Below, one piece after another: positions 17,823-28,527 of a stretch of DNA of 64,000 nt. The position numbers were made by a program, and so were the translations under genes. The notes below the pieces were generated by a model. The model was not told the DNA's origin. It worked only from the letters and a program-made list of their open reading frames with translations, and did no database searches. Source of the DNA: Chthoniobacterales bacterium (lineage in GTDB: Bacteria; Verrucomicrobiota; Verrucomicrobiia; Chthoniobacterales; UBA6821); contig JBAPTI010000035.1 of NCBI GenBank assembly GCA_049282095.1, positions 11,927-75,926 of the forward strand. Direction: 5' to 3'. Within the stretch, counting starts at the first letter, position 1. Every line of letters starts with the position of its first letter.

Positions 17823-18140
17823 TCAGAAGAGCTGCTTGGGTTCCATTCGCCCGTAGATTCCATTCATCTGGAGATCCTGCGGGAGAAGAAATCTCGGGAC
17901 CCAGTCCATGGGAGCGTGTTCGTAAATCACAACACAAAACATCTCGCATCCCATCATCCAGCCTTTCCCATATTGTCCTTCGTAGTTTTTACAAATGGTC
18001 GAAAACCCCATTTTTTTAAACTCAATCACTTGCTGAATGAGTGACTTAGGTTCCCTCTTGCCGGGAGGTCGGGGTGGTATTGGCGGCGGAGTCTCCTCCT
18101 TTTTTCCGAACAAATATCGGTAAAAACCGTGGGAACCCAT
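17823..18140 (-). CDS. hypothetical protein (low-GC island)
   Basis: 105-aa ORF with proline-rich stretch ETPPPIPPRPPGK. Begins 4 nt after the upstream island gene stop. No family recognised. Confidence 0.4.
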   Translation of the reverse strand: MGSHGFYRYLFGKKEETPPPIPPRPPGKREPKSLIQQVIEFKKMGFSTICKNYEGQYGKGWMMGCEMFCVVIYEHAPMDWVPRFLLPQDLQMNGIYGRMEPKQLF

Positions 18141-18144
18141 ATTT

Positions 18145-18894
18145 CTATTTAACTATGCTTACGGCCGAAAACGCATCTGGAATTAATCTGACTAAATGCT
18201 CTAAGCGATCATCTACCCGCGGCATATCCAACTCAATATATGGAATATCCTCGTTTCGCAATTGCCGCAGGTATAGAGAAGCAGAAAATACTGAAACTTT
18301 ATCGAATTCACAGCTTCTGAGATTTGCGTGATTTATAGAGTCCTGAAAAGGGCTTAAATCATCAATTTCAAAAAACGGCTTTAGCTTTCTCTTCTCTGAT
18401 AGATCTTCATCGTTTGTTATCGGAGACCAAAACGCCAATAGAGCTTTTCTAGGTGTTCTTTCATTATTACCCCTGCTTTTTTCATTCTGCATTTTCTCAA
18501 GAACCTTCCACACCTTTTTAGAGTTTCTTCTGTTATTCAAATATGTATGTTTATTTGTTCCACACGCTTTCAAAAGTAATTTCTCATCGTTCGGCACAAT
18601 AGGCTGTCCTCCCACGGCACTTGCACTCCAGCTTTTAATTTCAACCTGGTAATGTTCTTTTGTGGTATAAACCCACGCATCCAATTGCGCACCACGCCCT
18701 CCTGCTTTAGGGGGCACTCTGCTAATAGAGAGTTCTTTATTTCCCGGCTGTTTTTTGAGGCAATCCTGCAAAATTCCCAGAATAAGATCTTCACCTATTA
18801 AGCCAGTAATTGAAGTAATTGGAGACCCAATTTGTTCCTTCCATTGATGTGTTGAATCATACAATCCAATCAGCTCATCTATTTTGATTTTCAT
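18145..18894 (-). CDS. hypothetical protein with PD-(D/E)xK nuclease-like signature
   Basis: 249 aa with GEDLILGIL (helix Glu), AQLDAWVY (Asp), 12 residues between that Asp and the Glu, then YQVEIKSW (E-x-K). AT-rich codon usage unlike flanking genes. Confidence 0.5.
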   Translation of the reverse strand: MKIKIDELIGLYDSTHQWKEQIGSPITSITGLIGEDLILGILQDCLKKQPGNKELSISRVPPKAGGRGAQLDAWVYTTKEHYQVEIKSWSASAVGGQPIVPNDEKLLLKACGTNKHTYLNNRRNSKKVWKVLEKMQNEKSRGNNERTPRKALLAFWSPITNDEDLSEKRKLKPFFEIDDLSPFQDSINHANLRSCEFDKVSVFSASLYLRQLRNEDIPYIELDMPRVDDRLEHLVRLIPDAFSAVSIVK

Positions 18895-18931
18895 CTTTGG
18901 CTATTTTGGGATCCTCTTGATTTACTAAACT

Positions 18932-19336
18932 CTACTGAACATAGATGGCCACGCCATCGATCGTTTTAATCTTGTTCATGCTGGTGCCGTAAAGCCCGCT
19001 TCCAAAATTCATGGTTGCGGCCCCACTTGCTTCTGATCCAAGAGATTTCACAATAACTCCATTAGCACCTAGCTTGGCTGCCTTTTCACGTATCTCCCGT
19101 ATTACGGTATTCATTTTTGCCTGTTCGTTCCACGCCCATGACCAGTAAGAATTCGCCGAGATAATCGCAATCTCCTCGTAGGGCTTCTGCGGCGGAGTTG
19201 AGTATATTCGCACCTGATCTGGGGAAATCGGAGGGTGTTGCTGGCCCGTGATAATCGCACTTCCGGTGGCACAGCCTCCCATGGAAAACGAGGCGAAAAG
19301 CAATAATATGGCTTGGCAGAAATACTTTATGTTCAT
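18932..19336 (-). CDS. small lipoprotein (RcsF/YbjQ-like size and pattern, unverified)
   Basis: Signal peptide + lipobox LLFASFSMGGC; 134 aa; C-terminal REIREKAAKLGANGVIVKS. Confidence 0.6.
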   Translation of the reverse strand: MNIKYFCQAILLLFASFSMGGCATGSAIITGQQHPPISPDQVRIYSTPPQKPYEEIAIISANSYWSWAWNEQAKMNTVIREIREKAAKLGANGVIVKSLGSEASGAATMNFGSGLYGTSMNKIKTIDGVAIYVQ

Positions 19337-19340
19337 GATG

Positions 19341-20012
19341 TTATGTTAGCGAATGGGTTTTAGGATGTTTTGTGGGATTTGACCATGGTGTCTTTACGGC
19401 AAGCGGAACCACTGCAGGATCTTCAGCCAGGGCCCTTTCCCTGATTGCTTGAGACAACATCTGATGCTCATCAGGGATTTCCCTTTCCAATAGGGAAAGC
19501 GCGTTGCTGAACTGAGATAGTTCTCGGTGAATCTCTGCTGCACAGAGCAGATCATCAGGATTTGAGAGATCCATCATTTTCAGTATCTGTTCAAGGTTCT
19601 GCCTGTCATGTGCCTGAGGCTCCTTTGTTTCGCCATGGCGGAAAGGATCGTTCTCAGCCCACCATATGGCTTTCCGGAGATACAGCAACTTCTCCGCGTT
19701 GTCCGCCATGCCCTCCGCAATGGCACGGTAGTAATCTTCTTTTAGGATGTCACCCGTGCATCTGGCGTCACTCCATCGCTCTTCGATAGTGTCAGTGCCG
19801 GAAGTGTTGATCGATTGCACGATCTCCCATTCACCAGTCCAGAACAGGAGATCTTCAGAAAAGCTTTTAAATAACCTCTCCCGATCGGGGAGCATGGATT
19901 CCTCACTTTTCCCATCTGTCCAATGTGTGAACTCCAGGGGGTGATCTGGGACTATCTTACTGATCACCAGAGGCTTGGTGCCTCCTTTAGGGATGATGAT
20001 TTGAAGCGTCAT
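19341..20012 (-). CDS. hypothetical protein (low-GC island)
   Basis: 223-aa ORF; its stop lies 4 nt upstream of the lipoprotein start. No family recognised. Confidence 0.5.
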   Translation of the reverse strand: MTLQIIIPKGGTKPLVISKIVPDHPLEFTHWTDGKSEESMLPDRERLFKSFSEDLLFWTGEWEIVQSINTSGTDTIEERWSDARCTGDILKEDYYRAIAEGMADNAEKLLYLRKAIWWAENDPFRHGETKEPQAHDRQNLEQILKMMDLSNPDDLLCAAEIHRELSQFSNALSLLEREIPDEHQMLSQAIRERALAEDPAVVPLAVKTPWSNPTKHPKTHSLT

Positions 20013-20125
20013 AGGGGGCTATGCGCGGTGGCTCGACGAGATGGTTTTGGATCCAGAATGAAGAGTCATGTCTCCTATCCATACAAAACAGCTTCAGAAT
20101 CGGAAACGGAGGAAGGAGAAAATTT

Positions 20126-20923
20126 TTATGGAAAGAAATTTTCCTTGAGGACCGGAAAGGCCATGTAGATCAACCAAAGGAGAAAAACTATACCGATAAA
20201 ATTCTTGATGCGATCATCCCAAGAAGGTCTCGATCGGCTCGGTAAGGGGAGATCGTGCCCTGCGTAATTTTCAGGGTTGCCGGGCAGAAACTTGGCACTC
20301 ATGACCCCCCTAGTCCGGACCTCTGGTCGTGTCTGCTCAACTGCTCGCTGCACCATCTGCCTTACTGCCGCCTTGCTCACACCTTTCTCTCTAGCGATCT
20401 CGGCGTACTTATTCCCTTCGGCGTAGGATTGCAGAACTTCTTGCTGTCCGGGAGTCAGTGAGGACATCCCCTCGCGGAGAATCACCCGAATGTCATTGCG
20501 CTCAGCCTCAAGCAATGGTGAAGCTTCAGGAGAAGGAATGGTTGTCTCCTTGCGGCTCTCTCCCTCGACACTCTCGTGACTGACAGGGGCGTCCAAGATC
20601 AGGGACTCCACCTCGGCCCGTCGTGCAGCTTTAGAGAGTGTATTGAGCAAGCGGTTACGGATTACCGTGGAGGCAAACGGCTCAAAGTTTCCTCTGGCGG
20701 GATCGAACGCATTGGCTGCATTCCACAAGGCGATTCGGGCCTCCTGCTCCCGCTCATCGACGTTATGACCGATGATGGAGATGCTTCGCGCAATCTTGAG
20801 GGCCAGATCAAGGTGCGATTCAAAGAGTTGCTCGGGAGTGGATGCGCTCACTGTAAGATAAGGAAAGCAGGCAATACCTTTTATCTGCGAACAAAAGGCA
20901 CAGGGATTTTGATGCCATGGCAT
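20126..20923 (-). CDS. sigma-70-family (ECF-like) sigma factor with C-terminal transmembrane segment
   Basis: Region 2-like EREQEARIALWNAANAFDPARGNFEPFASTVIRNRL, region 4 HTH LTPGQQEVLQSYAEGNKYAEIAREKGVSKAAVRQMVQRA, then a ~70-aa extension ending in hydrophobic IKNFIGIVFLLWLIYMAFPVL. Confidence 0.7.
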   Translation of the reverse strand: MPWHQNPCAFCSQIKGIACFPYLTVSASTPEQLFESHLDLALKIARSISIIGHNVDEREQEARIALWNAANAFDPARGNFEPFASTVIRNRLLNTLSKAARRAEVESLILDAPVSHESVEGESRKETTIPSPEASPLLEAERNDIRVILREGMSSLTPGQQEVLQSYAEGNKYAEIAREKGVSKAAVRQMVQRAVEQTRPEVRTRGVMSAKFLPGNPENYAGHDLPLPSRSRPSWDDRIKNFIGIVFLLWLIYMAFPVLKENFFP

Positions 20924-21043
20924 GGGAGGGCCAAGCGAGTTCTGAATCTGTTTTCCAAGGCTTGGAAGTTTGGATGCAAGTTATGAAGACCAATAACGCT
21001 ATCCTCCAAATACCGCTCTCTACATTGGGGGGCAGGAGTTTTC

Positions 21044-21113
21044 GATGCCGCGCTAGGCGTGCGAGCGAAGCTGTAGTGAACTACTGCGAGCGAGCAGCAA
21101 CAACGCGCGGCGC
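21044..21113. repeat. GATGCCGCGCTAGGCG...GCAACAACGCGCGGCGC repeat, short copy
   Basis: Both ends match 42829-43015 (GATGCCGCGCTAGGCG[T/C]GCGAG and ACTACTGCGAGCGAGC[A/G]GCAACAACGCGCGGCGC). Termini GCCGCGC / GCGCGGC are inverted repeats. Confidence 0.7.
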
Positions 21114-21138
21114 GAAAAGAACCAGCCCAGTCTTTTCC

Positions 21139-22227
<1,089 letters not shown>

Positions 22228-22273
22228 GATGGTGATGATCGGTTGGGAATTATTGGTTGGGAAACTTTCTCGA

Positions 22274-25054
22274 TTATTTCTCTCCGAAGGCCTGGGCAAT
22301 CAGCACGGCCTGCTCGAGCTTGTGGGCGGCGGTCGTGCCGACGGCGGTGCTGGCGCTGGCCTCACGGCCGGCATAGCCGATGGCTCGTCCGAAGAATTGC
22401 ATCAGGATCGGAAGCAGATGATGCCAGGAACCCATGTTCGCGGGCTCCTCCTGACACCAGACGATCTCCTTCGCCTTTGCATACGGTGCGGTGACGTTGC
22501 GCAGTTCCTCTTCGTTGAGCGGATAGATCTGCTCGAGACGCACGATGGCGGAGCGGTCGCCCCAACCGTTCTTTTCGCGGTATGACTGGAGGTCGTAGTA
22601 GACCTTGCCGGAGCAGAGGATGAGACGCTCGACCTTGGCGGGGTCGGCGGGCTTGGGCCCCTCGAGGATCTCGTGGAAACCTCCCTTGGTGAAGTCGTCG
22701 GTCGTGGAGACGGCGGCCTCGGAGCGCAGGAGGCTCTTGGGCGTCATGATGATGAGCGGCTTGCGGAAGTCGCGGAGCATCTGGCGGCGCAACACGTGGA
22801 AATACTGGGCCGGGGTGGTGAGGTTGCAGACCTCCATGTTCTCCTCGGCGCAGAGCTGAAGGAAGCGCTCGAGGCGTGCACTGGAGTGCTCGGGCCCCTG
22901 TCCCTCGTATCCGTGCGGAAGCAGCATGACGAGGGAACTCGGGCGCAGCCACTTGGTCTCGGCCGAGGCGATGAACTGGTCGATGATGATCTGAGCGCCG
23001 TTGGCGAAATCACCGAACTGGGCCTCCCACATGCAGAGCATCTTGGGATAGTCCATCGAGTAGCCGTAGTCGAATCCGAGGACGGCCGCCTCGGAGAGGG
23101 GGCTGTTGTAGACGCAGAAACGGGCCTGATCGGGCGCCAGGTTCATGAGAGGGATGTAGCGCTCGCGGGTCTGCTCGTCGTAGAAGACGGAGTGGCGGTG
23201 ACTGAATGTGCCGCGGCGGCTGTCCTGGCCGGAAAGGCGGATGGGAATGCCCTCCAGCATGAGGGAACCGAAGGCAAGCGCCTCGCCGAAAGCCCAGTCG
23301 TATCCGGAGCCTTTCTCATAAACCTCACGGCGCCGCTCGAGGATGGTCTTGCGGACCTTGGGAAGGATCCGGAAGTCGGAGGGTACCTTGGTGAGTCCGT
23401 CGACGATCGTCCCGAGGGTCTTCGCGCTGATGGCGGTCTTGACCGTCTTGTGGGAGTAAGAAGGCTGGAAGACGGCCGTCGATCCGACGAAGGCCTTCTG
23501 GTTTGCCTTCACGTCGGTGACGATCCCCTTCTTCATCTCGGCAAGGGCCGCCTCGAGATGTCCCTGCGATTTCTTCCAACTGGCATCGAACTCCTCGCGA
23601 GTCAGTGTGCCGAGTTCCGTGGCACGCTGCAGGAAGACCTCGCTCGGGCGCTTGTGGGCGCGGATGACCTTGTAGAGATCGGGTTGGGTGAAGAGCGGTT
23701 CGTCCCCCTCGTTGTGGCCGTAGCGGCGGTAGCAGACGATATCGATGACGATGTCGCGACCGAACTCCTGCCGGTAGGCGATGGCGATGCGGGCGGCCTC
23801 CGCGACGGCGATCGGATCATCCCCGTTCACATGGAAGACGGGAGCCTCGACGGTCTTGGCGATCTCGGTGCAGTAGAGCGTGGAACGCGAATCCTTCGGA
23901 AGTGTGGTGAAGCCGATCTGGTTATTGACGACCAGGTGGACGGTGCCGCCGACCTTGTAGCCGTCGAGTTGCGAAAGATTGAAGCACTCGGCCACGATCC
24001 CCTGCCCCGGGAAGGCGGCGTCTCCGTGGATAAGGATCGGGACGACCTTCCGGCGACCTACGGTGTCCTCGAGGATGCGCTGGCGGGCACGCACCTTGCC
24101 GAGGACGACGGGATTGACAGCCTCGAGGTGGCTCGGATTGGCGGCCAGGTAGACTTCGACCTCCGCGGCATCCTTCCCCTCCCCGATGCGGCGGGTCGTC
24201 TGGTAGCCGAGATGATACTTCACGTCACCGCTCGCCTCCCCCAGGTCGGGCGCGTACTTGTCGCTGAACTCGTTGAAGACGATGGCGAAGGGCTTTCTGA
24301 GGAAGTTGGTGAGGACATTGAGGCGCCCGCGGTGGGCCATGCCGAGCACGATTTCCTTCACCCCAAGTTCCGGGGAGCGGTGCAGGATTTCGGAAAGGGC
24401 GACCATCATCGACTCGCCTCCCTCGAGGGAGAATCGCTTGCTGCCGACGTAGGTGGTGTGGATGAAATTCTCGAAGCTCTCCGCCTTGTGCAGGGTCCGG
24501 AGGATGCGGTGGTGCGGGGTGGACGTGTCGACCTTGCCTCCGCGCGCCTCGACCCGCTCGCGGATCCAGTGGCGGATGCGCGTGTTCTGGATGTGCATGT
24601 ACTCCACCCCGAGGGTGTCGCAGTAGATGGAGCGCAACTCGGCGATGATATCGCGGAGCTTCATGGGCGCACCGTCACGGAAGGAACGGGAACTGACCGT
24701 GGAGTCGAGGTCGGCGTCGGTCAGGCCGAATTCCTTGAGCTCCAACAACGGCTGATAGGGAACCTCGTCGCTCAGGGGATTGAGCCGCGATGCGGTGTGA
24801 CCAAGCGTGCGGTAGGTGTAGATCAGGGCCTCGACCCTGCTCTGGAGCGATGCGTCGCCGGCGGAAGCGCCCCCGGAAACGGCGGCAGCACCGGTCGGCT
24901 TGGCAGGAGCCTTCTGATAACGTGCATAGCCGAGCTCGAATCCCTCGAAGAAGGAGGCCCAGTCGGCCGAAACCGAGGCGGCGTCGTTGCGCCATTTTTC
25001 GTAATTTTCATCGATGGCGGCCTCGTTCCAGCGCGCCGTGAAGGATGTGCTCAT
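22274..25054 (-). CDS. sucA: 2-oxoglutarate dehydrogenase E1 component
   Basis: 926 aa, [19 protein letters not shown], typical E1o length; immediately upstream of sucB. Confidence 0.95.
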   Translation of the reverse strand: MSTSFTARWNEAAIDENYEKWRNDAASVSADWASFFEGFELGYARYQKAPAKPTGAAAVSGGASAGDASLQSRVEALIYTYRTLGHTASRLNPLSDEVPYQPLLELKEFGLTDADLDSTVSSRSFRDGAPMKLRDIIAELRSIYCDTLGVEYMHIQNTRIRHWIRERVEARGGKVDTSTPHHRILRTLHKAESFENFIHTTYVGSKRFSLEGGESMMVALSEILHRSPELGVKEIVLGMAHRGRLNVLTNFLRKPFAIVFNEFSDKYAPDLGEASGDVKYHLGYQTTRRIGEGKDAAEVEVYLAANPSHLEAVNPVVLGKVRARQRILEDTVGRRKVVPILIHGDAAFPGQGIVAECFNLSQLDGYKVGGTVHLVVNNQIGFTTLPKDSRSTLYCTEIAKTVEAPVFHVNGDDPIAVAEAARIAIAYRQEFGRDIVIDIVCYRRYGHNEGDEPLFTQPDLYKVIRAHKRPSEVFLQRATELGTLTREEFDASWKKSQGHLEAALAEMKKGIVTDVKANQKAFVGSTAVFQPSYSHKTVKTAISAKTLGTIVDGLTKVPSDFRILPKVRKTILERRREVYEKGSGYDWAFGEALAFGSLMLEGIPIRLSGQDSRRGTFSHRHSVFYDEQTRERYIPLMNLAPDQARFCVYNSPLSEAAVLGFDYGYSMDYPKMLCMWEAQFGDFANGAQIIIDQFIASAETKWLRPSSLVMLLPHGYEGQGPEHSSARLERFLQLCAEENMEVCNLTTPAQYFHVLRRQMLRDFRKPLIIMTPKSLLRSEAAVSTTDDFTKGGFHEILEGPKPADPAKVERLILCSGKVYYDLQSYREKNGWGDRSAIVRLEQIYPLNEEELRNVTAPYAKAKEIVWCQEEPANMGSWHHLLPILMQFFGRAIGYAGREASASTAVGTTAAHKLEQAVLIAQAFGEK

Positions 25055-25242
25055 GAAGTTGGATTGAAAAAATCGTCTCTCTTTTCACGCACCGTCACCG
25101 CCAAGCATCGGGAGTAGCTCTGGAAACAAGCGCGAAAGTCCAATGGTTTACCAGATGAGCGCGGGGGGGCAAGCCGTCAATCGGCTTTCTTGCACCGGAT
25201 CCATCCCGGGGGTAAGATCGGGACCTTTCCTTCCGCCCTGTC

Positions 25243-26238
25243 ATGATATCCGTCCAAGGACTCTCCAAAAGCTACGGCCAAACCGAGGCGGTGCGGGATC
25301 TCTCCTTCACGGTGAACAAAGGGGAGGTGGTCGGGTTCCTCGGCCCCAACGGGGCGGGAAAAAGCACCACCATGAGGATCCTGAGCGGCTATCTGCCCGC
25401 CGACACGGGTGAGGTACGGATCGCGGGATTCGATGTTTTCACGCAGTCGGTCAAGGCGCGTTCCCGGATCGGCTACCTGCCGGAAAACGTCCCCCTCTAC
25501 CCGGAGATGAGGGTCGGGGAGTATCTCTCCTACCGCGCCGCACTCAAGGGAGTCCGGTCACGACGCGTTGCCGAGAAGGTGGAGGATGCCCTGCAACTCT
25601 GCGGACTCACCCATGTGCGTCGCCAACTCATCGGGACCCTCTCCAAGGGATACCGCCAGCGCGTCGGCCTCGCGGACGCCCTGGTCAACGAACCCGACAT
25701 CCTGATCCTGGACGAACCGACCATTGGGCTGGATCCGGAGCAGATCCGCGAGGTGCGCACCCTGATCAAGGGGCTCGCGACGCGCCACACGATCCTGCTC
25801 TCCAGCCATATCCTGAGCGAGGTCGAGATGACCTGCTCGCGTGTCCTGATCCTGAACAAGGGAAGGATCATCGCGAACGGAACCCCCTCCCAACTCCGCG
25901 ATCGCACGGGACTCTCGCTCACGAACCCCGTGCGCCTGGAGGCCATGATTCCCGATGCCGCCGAGGCGGCGAAATCCCTCGCGAAGCTGCCCGGCATTGA
26001 TTCCGCAAGGGTGCTCGGCACCTCGGGGGAATGGAGCACCTTCGAGATCATTCCCTCTGGCAACGACCCGAGATGCGCCCTCTTCGAGGAGGCGGTGCGG
26101 CGCGGGTGGAAACTCCGGGAACTCTCGGCCAGGGAATCCTCGCTGGAGGAGATCTTCACCTCCTTCGTCTCCGGCAGAAGCCGCGAGCCGGAAAATGCCG
26201 GGTCCACCGCCAACCAGTCCGGGGAGGCTCGGCCATGA
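25243..26238 (+). CDS. ABC transporter ATP-binding protein (GldA-like)
   Basis: Walker A GPNGAGKST, signature LSKGYRQR, Walker B ILILDEP. Confidence 0.9.
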   Translation: MISVQGLSKSYGQTEAVRDLSFTVNKGEVVGFLGPNGAGKSTTMRILSGYLPADTGEVRIAGFDVFTQSVKARSRIGYLPENVPLYPEMRVGEYLSYRAALKGVRSRRVAEKVEDALQLCGLTHVRRQLIGTLSKGYRQRVGLADALVNEPDILILDEPTIGLDPEQIREVRTLIKGLATRHTILLSSHILSEVEMTCSRVLILNKGRIIANGTPSQLRDRTGLSLTNPVRLEAMIPDAAEAAKSLAKLPGIDSARVLGTSGEWSTFEIIPSGNDPRCALFEEAVRRGWKLRELSARESSLEEIFTSFVSGRSREPENAGSTANQSGEARP

Positions 26239-26990
26239 GGGTTTTCTGGATCCTTTGGAAGCGGGAAGTCGGCTCCTCCTTCAAGACACCCATGGCCTGG
26301 GTGATCCTCTTTTTCCTGCTGCTCGTGACCGGCTTCAATTTCTACGCCGGAGTCTCGGTCCTCAACCACGGCCCGACGGAAGTCACGGTCGTCGAATCGT
26401 TCTTCAACACGATCTTCTTCTGGTTCCCCTTCCTGCTGCTCTTCCCCCTGCTGACCATGCGCCTCTACTCCGAGGAGTACCGCAGCGGCACTGTCGAACC
26501 GCTGATGACCGCGCCGGTCAGGGATACCCAGGTCGTGCTGGCCAAGTTCTTCGGAGTCCTCTTCCTTTACTCGGTCCTCTGGCTTCCCACCGCCCTTTAC
26601 TTCGTGATTTTCTGGCTGCAGACACGCCTCACGGCCGCGGGGGCGACGGGAGCCTACTTCGGCGCCTACCTGCTCCTGCTGCTCATGGGAATGTTCTACC
26701 TTGCGCTGGGCTGCCTCTGCTCCTCGCTGACGCGCCATCAGATCACTGCGGCGGTGGCGACCCTAGCCCTGATCTCACTCTTCTTCCTCACCGGCCTGCT
26801 CACCTTCCTCTCCGGAAGCGTCGGCGCGCTCATGCAGGGGATCACCGTGACGCTCTCTCCAATCGAACAGATGACCCAGTTCTCCAGGGGCATCATCGAT
26901 ACGCGCCCCGTCGTCTGGTATCTCGTGATGACGGCGCTCTGTCTCTTCCTCACGCTCCACTCCTTCCAGGCGCGCCGCTGGCGCAAGTGA
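26235..26990 (+). CDS. ABC-2-type permease (GldF-like)
   Basis: MRVFWILWKREVGSSFKTPMAW followed by ~6 hydrophobic segments. ATGA overlap with the ATPase stop (26235-26238); the track start at 26031 is inside the ATPase gene. Confidence 0.8.
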   Translation: MRVFWILWKREVGSSFKTPMAWVILFFLLLVTGFNFYAGVSVLNHGPTEVTVVESFFNTIFFWFPFLLLFPLLTMRLYSEEYRSGTVEPLMTAPVRDTQVVLAKFFGVLFLYSVLWLPTALYFVIFWLQTRLTAAGATGAYFGAYLLLLLMGMFYLALGCLCSSLTRHQITAAVATLALISLFFLTGLLTFLSGSVGALMQGITVTLSPIEQMTQFSRGIIDTRPVVWYLVMTALCLFLTLHSFQARRWRK

Positions 26991-26994
26991 CCCC

Positions 26995-28527
26995 ATGAGC
27001 AATCACGATCCGAGCAAGCACGTGCCCCACCGCTTCGTCCGCCTCCGCGTCGCCCTGCAGATCGTGGCGGCCCTGGTCGTGAGCGCCTGCATCATCGGTT
27101 GGTCGCTGGGTCACTACCGGCGCCACGATTTCAGCCGCTCCCACAAGTTCGAGCTCTCCAACCAGACGAGGCAGACTCTCGCCTCGCTCGGATCGCCCGC
27201 CAACGTCATCGTCTACTTTTCCCCCTCCTCGGCCTCCACCGGTTCCGAACTCCACGGGGACATCATGGCACTGCTCAGGGAGTACCAGTTCCTCTCACAA
27301 CAACAGAGTCAGGGCCAGGGCCGACGCAACCTCACCATAGAGAGGGTCGATCCCATGCGAAACCCCGCCCGGGCGCGTGACCTCCAGGCGCAATACAGAT
27401 TCTCAGGGGCCGAGAACGTGCTCATCGTGGAATACGGCGGACGCAGCACCGTGATCCCCGTTCCCGAGATGGGTGAATACGACACGGAGCCCACCCGGTA
27501 CGGAGAGCGCCCGAGGCTCGTCGCCTTCCGCGGCGAGCAGGTCCTGACCTCCGCTTTCATCGGGCTTGTGCAGCCCGCCACCAGTAAGAAGGTCTATTTC
27601 ATGCAGGGCCACGGGGAATGCATGCCCGGCATCCCACCGATGCAGATCATCGGCCAGAACCTCAAGCGCCAGAACATCACCACCGCCCCTCTCAATCTCT
27701 CGGCAGGCACCGCCGCCGTTCCCCCGGACGCGGCCCTCGTGGTGATCGCCGGCGCGCACTTCGACCCGTCGGCGGACGAACTCGCCGCCCTCCGCGCCTA
27801 CTGGCGGGCGGGAGGGCATCTGATGACCCTCCTCGACCCGACCGGTGAGACACCCGGCCTGGATGCATTCCTCGACGAGGAGGGCAGGATCAGGCCCAGG
27901 AACGACAGGGTTCTGCGCCTTGTGAACCTAGGCGGCGCCACGGGAATCCTGCGCGACGTAACCGGCGAGTTCTTCGCAGGCTCGGAGATCACGGCGCGAC
28001 TGGTCGGCCTGAACATCCTCTTCGCCGGCAACACCCGATCGCTTGCCATTAATGACCAACGCGATCGCTCCATCAAGGGACAGGAAACCGGCCCCACCCG
28101 TCCGCTCATTCGCGGCATCCACGGATTCCGCGGTTGCTCCGGATTTGCCAACGCGGACGGCAAGGGAGTGACCTTCGACCCGGCAAAGGATAACTTCTTC
28201 CCGGCCTACATCGCGGCGATCACCGATCTCGGCGGCGTGCATGACGACCGCGTGGCGCTCGGCGCCTCACGGATGGTCGTGGTGGGCAATAGCGAGTTCC
28301 TCAAGGACAAGTTCCTCGCCGGCACGGGGCTGGACTTCTTCTCCAGCGCGGTCAACACGCTCATCGACCGGACGCAACTCGCCGGAACAACCCCCAAGAC
28401 CAAGGAGTTCTTCACGCTCAATCTCGACGAACTTCAGCTCCGGCTCCTGGCTCTCTGGACCATCGTGGCGGTTCCGCTCGCCTCGGCCCTCCTGGGCCTG
28501 ATCTTCCTCTGGAGGAGGCGCTCGTGA
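26995..28527 (+). CDS. GldG-like ABC-transporter-associated protein
   Basis: 510 aa with N- and C-terminal TM anchors; position directly after the ABC-2 permease (4-nt gap). Family call rests on context and length, not on a motif I can cite. Confidence 0.65.
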   Translation: MSNHDPSKHVPHRFVRLRVALQIVAALVVSACIIGWSLGHYRRHDFSRSHKFELSNQTRQTLASLGSPANVIVYFSPSSASTGSELHGDIMALLREYQFLSQQQSQGQGRRNLTIERVDPMRNPARARDLQAQYRFSGAENVLIVEYGGRSTVIPVPEMGEYDTEPTRYGERPRLVAFRGEQVLTSAFIGLVQPATSKKVYFMQGHGECMPGIPPMQIIGQNLKRQNITTAPLNLSAGTAAVPPDAALVVIAGAHFDPSADELAALRAYWRAGGHLMTLLDPTGETPGLDAFLDEEGRIRPRNDRVLRLVNLGGATGILRDVTGEFFAGSEITARLVGLNILFAGNTRSLAINDQRDRSIKGQETGPTRPLIRGIHGFRGCSGFANADGKGVTFDPAKDNFFPAYIAAITDLGGVHDDRVALGASRMVVVGNSEFLKDKFLAGTGLDFFSSAVNTLIDRTQLAGTTPKTKEFFTLNLDELQLRLLALWTIVAVPLASALLGLIFLWRRRS

